Part shown: one piece after another, positions 28,419-36,704 of the stretch
How the letters are laid out: every line of letters begins with the position of its first letter
Numbering within the stretch: position 1 is the stretch's first letter
Notes under the pieces: model-generated
The model's database searches: none
Seen by the model: the letters and a program-made list of their open reading frames with translations, nothing else
What the model was told of the DNA's origin: nothing
From: Alphaproteobacteria bacterium
GTDB taxonomy: Bacteria; Pseudomonadota; Alphaproteobacteria; Caedimonadales; UBA9215
Direction of reading: 5' to 3'
DNA: 64,000 nt
NCBI GenBank assembly: GCA_009993885.1
Contig: JAACSN010000010.1
Span: 16,945 to 80,944 of the forward strand
Position numbers and translations under genes: made by a program

Positions 28419-28452
28419 TGTATTTTACAAATCAGACTAACAAGGTGCCCTT

Positions 28453-28604
28453 GCAACTATATCCAATAACGCGAAGACCTCTTCAAAGGCCTTGATGACG
28501 CCAAGATAAAAGCACTCAAAACCCACGAGCCTGAACCAGCCCATCGTATCGAAGAATATCAAAATTCGCAAGCACAAGCCAGTGGGGTTGGTTTAGGAAT
28601 TTAA
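28453..28604 (+). pseudogene. Degenerate extra copy (tail 3) of the traA 3' end
   Basis: Translation NYIQ*REDLFKGLDDAKIKALKTHEPEPAHRIEEYQNSQAQASGVGLGI* aligns with the TraA end NYTQQRENLLKGLDGAKIEELKAHEPELAHRIEEWQTLEKIREIGLGL*. Confidence 0.8.
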
Positions 28605-28606
28605 GG

Positions 28607-29926
28607 TTACTCTTTTTTCTCAAAAATGCGTTTACCATTTTTATCTTCCCTTTTACTTGAGTACTGAAAGAATGAATAGAAACGTTGAGGGTGAGTTCCT
28701 ATAAATCCTCTGCAAATCACCTTGTTTTGAACAAACGCATCAACCGATAATTCGTTAGGATTTAGGTCTAAAGCAAAACTTTTTCTGTATGGACATAAGT
28801 ATATTATTTTTGTAATTCCAGCCGCTATGACTAATTTGCTGCATAGGTGACATGGAAAAGTTGTTGTATATAGAGTGCTACCGTGAAGCTTTACTCCTCT
28901 GCAAGCTGCTGTAGCAATCGCCGTTTGCTCTGCGTGGACATTTTGTGAAAATTCTAAAAGATCACCCAATCTGCTGTTTGTGAGGTAAGTCTTAACTTGT
29001 TCTTTATTGAGTTCAAATTTTTCTTCTAGTGAGGTGCTTAGATCTTCTATTAAGTCCTTTTTATGCCGTGCATTTGTATCATCGCCTTGTGTGTCACGAT
29101 AGACGCCACCATGGAATTTAGGCACATTATTGCAACCACTAGCCAACAATTCGCCATGTGAATCAACAATTGCAGATCCGACTTGGCGGGATTGATCAAC
29201 AGAACAACAAGCGGCTGTGTATGCCCAATTCATTGCTACTTCTTCTTCTGTCGGTGGCTCAAATAGGTTCTTTTTCAAAATCAGTTTCAAAAAACGTTTT
29301 ATTGGCTCTTTAAAATCATCACCTCTATAGTCATTGAGAAAATAGTCACAAAGAGGTAGTGTTTTAAGCATTTGTTGACCAATTCTACGATTTTCTTTTT
29401 TATCTGGAATAATAAGATCTTCTCCCTCATCTCGAATAATAAGATTTTGTATATACGCTTCTTTTAACGATTTTTCATCCAAGTCTTTTCTAAAAATAAA
29501 TTTTTTATTCTTCGTTTCTTTGAAATTTCCCCCTGTAAGCTCACCAAAAGTCTTTCTGCGCAAGCGTCGTCTTGCATCATTTCGAGAGGTGTGGACTCCC
29601 AATCCATAAAAATATTTGTTTTCATTTTTTAGCTCATTATATTCCTCTTCCCGTTTTAGATGACTTATGACTACAATGCTCTTCTCGCCTGTTTGCTCTT
29701 GCAGCTTTTCCTTAATTTTATTCAATAGATTAATATCGTTATTACCACTATCGATTTTCTCCTTTGTGCTAATGGGACTTCCTTTAATAAGTCCAGATAC
29801 TTTAACTTCCTGTACATTGTATCCAAGTTGTGATCCGCAAAATTCAATTTCAGAGTAGATATCATCAAAACGTGAGGCCACTCTTCCTACCAGTGCAATA
29901 ATAATAGGTTGTTCCGTTTTACTCAT
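28607..29926 (-). CDS. Anti-phage-type dCTP/dCMP deaminase (N-terminal kinase-like domain and C-terminal zinc cytidine deaminase; DcdV-like)
   Basis: The ORF-track start is TTG. The ATG at 29926 has an AAGGA RBS and an ATGA overlap with the upstream gene. N-terminus IIIALVGRVASRF..., central IIRDEGED...GQQMLKTLPLCDYFLN, deaminase core DQSRQVGSAIV...NVHAEQTAIATAA...TTFPCHLCSKLVIAAGITKIIY. Confidence 0.8.
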   Translation of the reverse strand: MSKTEQPIIIALVGRVASRFDDIYSEIEFCGSQLGYNVQEVKVSGLIKGSPISTKEKIDSGNNDINLLNKIKEKLQEQTGEKSIVVISHLKREEEYNELKNENKYFYGLGVHTSRNDARRRLRRKTFGELTGGNFKETKNKKFIFRKDLDEKSLKEAYIQNLIIRDEGEDLIIPDKKENRRIGQQMLKTLPLCDYFLNDYRGDDFKEPIKRFLKLILKKNLFEPPTEEEVAMNWAYTAACCSVDQSRQVGSAIVDSHGELLASGCNNVPKFHGGVYRDTQGDDTNARHKKDLIEDLSTSLEEKFELNKEQVKTYLTNSRLGDLLEFSQNVHAEQTAIATAACRGVKLHGSTLYTTTFPCHLCSKLVIAAGITKIIYLCPYRKSFALDLNPNELSVDAFVQNKVICRGFIGTHPQRFYSFFQYSSKREDKNGKRIFEKKE

Positions 29927-30225
29927 GATAAATCCTTCCAATAAAAATATGAAAATAAAGCAGCCGTCAGCACATTAAAGACCATCCAGATTTCTTTTGT
30001 TAAATGGATAGGGAGGAATGGATTAAAAAGAATAGCTACGGCAACACAAGACCAGAGTATCCAATCTTTTTCATCTGATATGTAGCGTAAATATGCGGTA
30101 AAGCCTCCTACTCCTGTGACGGCAATTCTTAAGAAAACATAATAACCATACGGCATTGGTAGCAAAGCAATTAAGGAAAGCGCTGCCACGAGTAGAAAAG
30201 GGATTTTGAGGTCAGAGATTTTCAT
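29923..30225 (-). CDS. Small polytopic membrane protein (100 aa)
   Basis: Three to four hydrophobic helices. Start overlaps the upstream gene by 14 nt, and its stop forms ATGA with the deaminase start. Confidence 0.65.
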   Translation of the reverse strand: MKISDLKIPFLLVAALSLIALLPMPYGYYVFLRIAVTGVGGFTAYLRYISDEKDWILWSCVAVAILFNPFLPIHLTKEIWMVFNVLTAALFSYFYWKDLS

Positions 30226-30916
30226 TTATTTGTTCTCCCCATATGAAGGGAATATCCAAATTTATTAATTCACCCTTTCGTTCTTTTGCAAAAATAGAAC
30301 TATAAATTTCTCTATAAATGCGATCATCTGGATCGACTTGCGATATTTCTTCTGGTGTAGCAACGCCTGATCTTGCATAGAACTCTTTCCCTGATACATA
30401 CCCTGGAAAGATTGAGTAATAAATTTTATCGTAAGCACTCTCCCTATCTCGGTGCTGTTCTAGGATATTCATAATGCTACAAACTCTTGGCCTTAGAGAG
30501 TTATAAAGAATCCCCGTGTAATAAAAATACATTAAATATGCCGTTAAAATTCTTAGGGCAAAAAACGCGCTCCACTGATTTATCTCTGTCAGAGAGTGTT
30601 TTAATAAGACATTACTATCTAAACATAGAAGTCTTTTTTTACCTCCCAGCCCCATTTTTTCTCTTCTCTTGCGCATGAGATCACAGTCTTGAGATTCAAA
30701 ATCCTTTAGTTGAAGATTATGCCAACGAACCATTGTTCCCATAAAATTCCCTAACTTATCTGCTGATATATCATTTGCTTCTAAAAGTGCAGGCATGTCA
30801 GCAAAAACTGACATTGCAAAGTTGGTTTCTAACAAACTAAGATCTTCAGGCGTTGCATTCTTTAAATAAGTTTCAAAGAATTTTAACCTTGATCTAGTTC
30901 TAAAATATTGAAACAT
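30212..30916 (-). CDS. Hypothetical protein (234 aa), first gene of the deaminase operon
   Basis: ATG with an AAGGGG RBS. One hydrophobic stretch (WSAFFALRILTAYLMYFYYTGILY). No recognisable family. Confidence 0.55.
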   Translation of the reverse strand: MFQYFRTRSRLKFFETYLKNATPEDLSLLETNFAMSVFADMPALLEANDISADKLGNFMGTMVRWHNLQLKDFESQDCDLMRKRREKMGLGGKKRLLCLDSNVLLKHSLTEINQWSAFFALRILTAYLMYFYYTGILYNSLRPRVCSIMNILEQHRDRESAYDKIYYSIFPGYVSGKEFYARSGVATPEEISQVDPDDRIYREIYSSIFAKERKGELINLDIPFIWGEQINENL

Positions 30917-30980
30917 CCCCTTATTTCCTAAAAAAAATTAAGCTGATAATCAAGGATATCAAAAACTTATTAAATAACTG

Positions 30981-31544
30981 TTAATTCTGCATAATCTCCT
31001 CATAGTACTCTTTCCAATATTCGCCCATTTTGCCCTTAAGGTTCTTTTGTTCCTGGGGCGATAGCTTTTTAAATGCATGGCGAAATAGGATGCCCTCACG
31101 TAGGTACTCAAAGTGGCGTTGGCTGAGGGAGTAGTTTACTTGTTGGGGGAAGAAATACCAGAGGATGGTTCCGCTGAGAAGACTCCCAAAGCAAAAGGCG
31201 AGGCAGATATATAGGCTCGCTTTTTTCATTTTTTTCTCTTGTTTTTGGTGGGAGGATTTGAGCTCTTGCATGAGGCCATCCACAGTCTCAGAAAGTTTTG
31301 AGAAGTGCTTTGAAAGGGATGTTGTCATCAACACCACCAACTCAGGATGGGAAGATTTTGTTGTTTCACGGATTGTATCCTCAACGTTCTTGCGGCACCC
31401 ATTGAGTTCGCTGATTTCATCTTGAAGTGATGTTTTTAACGCCTCCAATTCCTTTTTGAGCTGGATCGTTTCATCAACTTTATTTTGAAAAATTGTCGTG
31501 TTGCGATCAAATTTTCTCATGGCGTCTGTGAGGTCAGTTTCCAT
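30981..31544 (-). CDS. Hypothetical coiled-coil protein with one TM helix (187 aa)
   Basis: Heptad-rich N-terminal half, TM helix LYICLAFCFGSLLSGTILWYFF. Lies 12 nt downstream of the coupling-protein gene. Confidence 0.55.
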   Translation of the reverse strand: METDLTDAMRKFDRNTTIFQNKVDETIQLKKELEALKTSLQDEISELNGCRKNVEDTIRETTKSSHPELVVLMTTSLSKHFSKLSETVDGLMQELKSSHQKQEKKMKKASLYICLAFCFGSLLSGTILWYFFPQQVNYSLSQRHFEYLREGILFRHAFKKLSPQEQKNLKGKMGEYWKEYYEEIMQN

Positions 31545-31556
31545 AAAATGGGCTCC

Positions 31557-33263
31557 TTAGTTTTTTAAATCAAATGAGGAATGAAGGGATTTGCGATCGT
31601 GATAACTCATCTTGAGTTTTGAAATGGGGAACTTGCCTGGGAACTTTAGATAACAGGTCAGATCTGGCAATTGCGCCACCTCTGTTGGGAGTACAAGCCG
31701 ACGTCTGCTCTTTTGTTGATTAAGGGAAATTCCATCACGCATTTGGTGAGCACCATAAGAGAGACTTTCTTTTGCCTCTTCAATTTCTTCTTCCCCTAAC
31801 CATTTTGAAATTTGCTCACAGGCTTTTGATTCCTCGCTCCTAAAAAAGAACTTTGTGTTAAAGAGGTTAAGGATTGTTTTCGATCCGTTGTGGCCGTAAA
31901 TTTCATCGAACTGTGACATACTTTGAAGACCTGCAAATAGGCACGCTCCATATTTTCGTCCCTTGGATAAGAGAGCCTGAAGGGACTGTAGCTTCTGTAT
32001 GGCTGGCAACTCATCCATAATAAACCAAACACACCTTTCTTTTGATTCACTTTGTGACATTAAGAATGTGGATGCTGAATTAAAAACAGCGGCAATGAGA
32101 GGATTTAAGGTGTGGAGCATATCTTCATTGGCCGTCACGAAAATCCAGTTTTCTTTGCTCTCATCCCTGATCCAATCTGACAGAGAAAAACTTTTTTCTC
32201 CTTTTCCCAGATGTTTTAAAAACTGAACGCTACTGCTGAGGGTTGATCTGAAACTCAAAGTTGTTCGCTCACCCGCTGGGTCCGCAAAAGGATAAGCATC
32301 GGTTCCCCAGAAGAAGGCCCCAAATTCTTTCAAAGAAGATTTAATCAAAATGCGATGAAGTTCTTTCGGGGAAATATCCCGCTGTTGTGCTTTTTGAAGT
32401 CCTACGGAGAAGAGCTTTGCCGATCCATTTTGCCAGAGAGGATCTGAGTGCTCTCCGTTCTTGGGCACAATGGATTTAGCAAGGTGGTCAAATTGATATT
32501 CATGGGAACATTCATGGATTATATCCCACTTTGCTGATCGTCCATCAAAGGGATTGAGGATGACATCGCCCCGATCAGGGTTGTAATATTTTGAAATCAT
32601 ATCCCCTGTGGTATCTATCACGAAGGATCTTTGCTTCTCCTTTGCTATTTGCGGTAAGAGGTCATTATAGAGGTTTGTTTTACCTGAACCGGTCGTTCCA
32701 ACGGCGAGGATATGTTTTGTCTCAGAATTTTTTATGAGGGGGAGTTTTTCAACTTTCAAGTGAGAGGCTTTACGGCGTAATTTAATCATCCACTTCAGCC
32801 TAAAGGAAGAAACAAGACGTTGCCCTCGAAGGCGCTTGGATTTTAAACTTTTTCGTCCCTTTAGGCCCCAGAACAGCATCAGCAAAAGAAGGCATATAAT
32901 GGTTACATTGATAGAAGAAGTTACTTGCTTCTTAATGGTATCTTCCACATAAGATCGCATATTGTGGGTGTAAGGATGGTGGATAATATCGATTGCGCGT
33001 ACTTTTTGTGTGTAATACTCATCAGGCCAACTAACCATAAATCTATGACGCATTGAGTCACTTTTGTAAGGTAATATGAACTCAGCTTGATAGCTGGAGA
33101 GATACTGGCGCAAGATATAGCTTGGAATACTATTCCAAGTTTTCCAGGCCAAAACACTGCCGCCTATTAAAAAAGAAACAACAAGTCCAACACTGAGAAC
33201 TTGTTTAATCATCCTCAAGTTATGGATATGAAGTTGTCCGCCTCGAACTAAGTTTTTAGCCAT
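31557..33263 (-). CDS. traD: F-type type IV coupling protein TraD
   Basis: Two N-terminal TM helices, Walker A VGTTGSGKTN, Walker B WFIMDELP. Position downstream of traG. Confidence 0.85.
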   Translation of the reverse strand: MAKNLVRGGQLHIHNLRMIKQVLSVGLVVSFLIGGSVLAWKTWNSIPSYILRQYLSSYQAEFILPYKSDSMRHRFMVSWPDEYYTQKVRAIDIIHHPYTHNMRSYVEDTIKKQVTSSINVTIICLLLLMLFWGLKGRKSLKSKRLRGQRLVSSFRLKWMIKLRRKASHLKVEKLPLIKNSETKHILAVGTTGSGKTNLYNDLLPQIAKEKQRSFVIDTTGDMISKYYNPDRGDVILNPFDGRSAKWDIIHECSHEYQFDHLAKSIVPKNGEHSDPLWQNGSAKLFSVGLQKAQQRDISPKELHRILIKSSLKEFGAFFWGTDAYPFADPAGERTTLSFRSTLSSSVQFLKHLGKGEKSFSLSDWIRDESKENWIFVTANEDMLHTLNPLIAAVFNSASTFLMSQSESKERCVWFIMDELPAIQKLQSLQALLSKGRKYGACLFAGLQSMSQFDEIYGHNGSKTILNLFNTKFFFRSEESKACEQISKWLGEEEIEEAKESLSYGAHQMRDGISLNQQKSRRRLVLPTEVAQLPDLTCYLKFPGKFPISKLKMSYHDRKSLHSSFDLKN

Positions 33264-33345
33264 TTTTATATCCTTTTTACTTTGTGATGGGCGTTGAAAA
33301 TGTTAAACTGAGAGTAGAGCTAATAAGACTTTTCAGGGAAGTTAG

Positions 33346-33915
33346 ATGTCTAAATATGCACACTCCAAACAGAAACGTACTTGGATCCCAAAGTGGTTTA
33401 TCAAGGCCTTTGAAAATAGCGAGGCTTTTCACCCTTTGAAGACCATCAGCCGATTGACAGGGCTTATGTTTCTGCTGTTTGCCTTCCTGGTGATCAAGGA
33501 TCCCTTTATCACATTGATTGCCTTCCCCACAGGGATTCTGCTGATGGATGCAATTTTCTTTATTTTTAAAATGAAAGAATCTACCTATAAGTCTCAAGTA
33601 TTTTTTCGTATAGCTAAAACAACTCCAAAAAGTATGGATAAATATAATCTTTGGATGTTTTTGATTAGAAGCATTTCTTTTGCTATCTTCATTCCGTTCG
33701 GACAAATTTATGGCTATGGAGCGATTTGTTTCCTCTTCCCTCTCCTCGTAGCTCCCATCACAAGATTTGGGCGATTTGAACTCGCTTCTAGCCCTAAAAA
33801 TAATATTCCAGAGGCAAATTTGAACCAAGCTTCCATTGATGATCATATTAGAACATCGCCTGGAAATTTGGCTTCGCCTCTTTATGGATTGGCTGGTATT
33901 TTTCCAACGCGATAG
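33346..33915 (+). CDS. Polytopic membrane protein encoded antisense to the tra operon between traG and traD
   Basis: AGGGAAG RBS and four to five hydrophobic helices. The competing minus-strand ORF 33277-33924 has a Cys/His/Arg-rich antisense-type composition. Confidence 0.5.
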   Translation: MSKYAHSKQKRTWIPKWFIKAFENSEAFHPLKTISRLTGLMFLLFAFLVIKDPFITLIAFPTGILLMDAIFFIFKMKESTYKSQVFFRIAKTTPKSMDKYNLWMFLIRSISFAIFIPFGQIYGYGAICFLFPLLVAPITRFGRFELASSPKNNIPEANLNQASIDDHIRTSPGNLASPLYGLAGIFPTR

Positions 33916-33929
33916 TAAGTGCATCTACT

Positions 33930-36704
33930 TCATCCTCTGTTGCTCAGCTTTTTGAACTCTCGTTCTTCGGCAGTTTGTTCTCCAGATAATGATTTGACAG
34001 TTCCGCCAATATCACCAGCTCCTTTTTCAAATTGACGTCTAACGTTGGTTTGATTATTCCTGAATTGAAATTCCCCATTTCGTTGCTTATTATGCTCTGA
34101 CATGACAGCTCTTTGATTATCAATAGATCTATCTTGGAACTTTATTTGGTCTCTTGCCTCTGCTTTAATAACATTAACTTCCCCTGCTAATTGTGGAGCC
34201 GTTTTAAACCCTGCCATATCAATTTTGTTTTGCACAACATCTCGTCCAGTTTTGTTAATGGTAGGAACATCTGACATAAACTTTTGGATTTCCCCCTTAT
34301 CCAATACATGGTCGATATTACCAACCCTTGCACGTAACATTTCCTCTTTTCCTTTCATGAATCCACTTTTAAGACCATCGACTTCTCGCCCCCCCTTGTT
34401 TAAGAACGGTACGATGTCAGCCTTAGATAGACCTGTTTGCTTAGATACATAATTAAGGAAAGGATCGTTTTCATTTGCCATCCTTCCCACTTGTTTTTGA
34501 TCATTATAACTTTTCATATTTTCTAAATTCTTTGTTTTTGTATAAGAATGGTTATAAGCTTCAGAAGCTGCTTGTGTTTTATTAAAGCTGTGGGTCAAAC
34601 TATCTGTCATCTCATTTCCAGAAGAGTCTGTTATTTGTCCTCGATGATCCGTGGCGTATTGCGTTAGGGTTGAGAGGTTCTCAGCAAGTTGCTTTCCTTG
34701 TGTAGAGTTTTGAATTTTAGCAATCACCTCATTATTTGCTGCGCTTGTAGATGTGCTAGCAGATGCTCCTAATTCAAAACCAAGAATACTGCCACCAAAT
34801 CCACCGCGCGCAGTGGCATCAACAACTGTTTGAGCACTCACACCATGGTTCTTTGCAATATCGTTTATAAGGTTTTGAGTATCTGCGGCTGTCTTTTGGA
34901 TACTTGCTTGAGAGCTGGTGCTGGCTCCATTTGTTATTGTATTCCCATTGGCAAGTTTCTTGTTAAAAGAGAGGAGTTCACCTGACGTATCAGAAAGCGC
35001 ATCATTAAAGTTGTGAGATTTTTGCTCTGTTAACGCTTCAGAATCGCGGAGAGTATTTCCGATAGCAGAAGACATAACACCTGAACTTGAATAGCTCTCC
35101 CTTAAGGTGCTGGAATTTTCCGCAATATAATCATTGCCGTTAGCAGCATTTGTTATGGTCTGGCTTCCTGTGTTAAGACTACCTGCAAAGCCACTGCTAC
35201 CCACATGATTTTGTTGAGCAACAGACCTTGACGCAACACTTTCATTAAAGAAGTTTTGATTGCCCATGGAGATATTACCATCAGCGGCCTCTCCAGCATA
35301 CTTACTAGAAAGTCCTTGAAGGCCTGACGTTAAGCCACCAACAATTGTTGACATCACATAGGGAGATCCACTCACAACACCCCACGCTAAGACTGGAACC
35401 ATGAGTTGCATTCCAGCGGCCCAAGTTCCTACAGAAAACGCAGAATCAGAAAGACCAGATATTGTGGCGATCGTAAATCCCTCAACACCTTGCAAAGCAT
35501 CTTCTGATGATTTTCTAAGCCAAAACAAAGAGAGTGAATTAAGCATAGAGGACAGCACTGGCCAAAGTTGAAAACTGAACATCAGTTTTACAAACAACCA
35601 AAATTTGTTAATTCCTCCAGGCATGAAGTAAAAACCAACAATGATCACAAACAACAGACACAATAAGCCTAACATGGTGGCTTGAAGAAGAGGCATGGTC
35701 ACTGAGGACGTAAATGCATTCATCATGCCTGTCATTCCCTGTGTTTCCAAAGCTCTTGCGGCGTTAATAGAAACAAGCTCCGGATGAAGTCTTGGATATT
35801 TAAACTTTTCCCTAGAATCATCAAAGGCTTCTTTTTGAGCGTTCACCACCATCATTTGTTGGACTTGCTGTGAGGCTGATTTCGTTGACTTGGAAATCAT
35901 TTGCCACGCTTCTTGCATTATGGGTTTAAAGCCATCCATATCGACACCTTTTGGTCTAAAGCCAAAAAGCTTTGCCCCAAGGGCACTAAAACCTCGTTGG
36001 CCTTGTGCTGTCATGGCCTCTCGAATAAGAGGAGCTGACACTTTACAGGTTCTATAAGTCTGAGACCCGTCTTCATTTCGCCAATAGGTTCCAAGGGAGG
36101 GATGTCCATTTTCTTCAACCCAAGAAATAAGGTCATCACTTGTCCTGGCTGATTCTCTTTTCCCTCCAATGTTTGTTTTCAAATAGGGTAGCCAAATACA
36201 TTGGTCCGTCCAATCTTTTATGTTCTGACGAATCCGCGGATCGGCAATACGCAGGGTTCGAGCTTCTTTAGTTAATCTTGATGAAAAGGCAAAGCCTGTC
36301 TTTGTAAAACGCGACAAGTCAGCGGTCTGAAAAACATCTTCATAGGCTTCAACTAATGCTCTTGAAAACAGTGAAGACGCCCCAAGAATAGCCACAAGCC
36401 CAACGGGGAGATTATCAACGCGATCAGCCCCAAAAGTTGGATCAACTTCATCAACAATATTGAGAGTCGTGCGCGGAATAAGAAGGACATTTAAAAGGAG
36501 GAAAGAAGGAATGAACCATTTCTTTGCAAACAACCCAATGTCAACTTTTGCAAGAGCAATCATAGAGGCCCACATTAAGCCAATAAGAGTCGAGAAGCCC
36601 AACATTTTTCCCCAAAAGGGAAGCTCTGGATTGGTAAGATAGGCAACACCATTAAAGACATTATAAAGGAGATGGCCACCACCATATGTATGAAGAGTAT
36701 CCAT
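33930..36704 (-). CDS. traG: F-type TraG (mating-pair stabilisation; TraG_N membrane domain and long periplasmic C-terminal half)
   Basis: Polytopic N-terminal half, Ser/Asn/Thr/Gly-rich C-terminal half, 924 aa. TAATG coupling to traH. Gene order matches F. Confidence 0.8.
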   Translation of the reverse strand: MDTLHTYGGGHLLYNVFNGVAYLTNPELPFWGKMLGFSTLIGLMWASMIALAKVDIGLFAKKWFIPSFLLLNVLLIPRTTLNIVDEVDPTFGADRVDNLPVGLVAILGASSLFSRALVEAYEDVFQTADLSRFTKTGFAFSSRLTKEARTLRIADPRIRQNIKDWTDQCIWLPYLKTNIGGKRESARTSDDLISWVEENGHPSLGTYWRNEDGSQTYRTCKVSAPLIREAMTAQGQRGFSALGAKLFGFRPKGVDMDGFKPIMQEAWQMISKSTKSASQQVQQMMVVNAQKEAFDDSREKFKYPRLHPELVSINAARALETQGMTGMMNAFTSSVTMPLLQATMLGLLCLLFVIIVGFYFMPGGINKFWLFVKLMFSFQLWPVLSSMLNSLSLFWLRKSSEDALQGVEGFTIATISGLSDSAFSVGTWAAGMQLMVPVLAWGVVSGSPYVMSTIVGGLTSGLQGLSSKYAGEAADGNISMGNQNFFNESVASRSVAQQNHVGSSGFAGSLNTGSQTITNAANGNDYIAENSSTLRESYSSSGVMSSAIGNTLRDSEALTEQKSHNFNDALSDTSGELLSFNKKLANGNTITNGASTSSQASIQKTAADTQNLINDIAKNHGVSAQTVVDATARGGFGGSILGFELGASASTSTSAANNEVIAKIQNSTQGKQLAENLSTLTQYATDHRGQITDSSGNEMTDSLTHSFNKTQAASEAYNHSYTKTKNLENMKSYNDQKQVGRMANENDPFLNYVSKQTGLSKADIVPFLNKGGREVDGLKSGFMKGKEEMLRARVGNIDHVLDKGEIQKFMSDVPTINKTGRDVVQNKIDMAGFKTAPQLAGEVNVIKAEARDQIKFQDRSIDNQRAVMSEHNKQRNGEFQFRNNQTNVRRQFEKGAGDIGGTVKSLSGEQTAEEREFKKLSNRG

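Noticed and set aside
33277-33924. Minus-strand 215-aa ORF between traG and traD
   Set aside because: Cys/His/Arg/Ser-rich composition typical of antisense translation. The plus-strand ORF has an RBS and clear TM helices. Kept as an open question in the findings.
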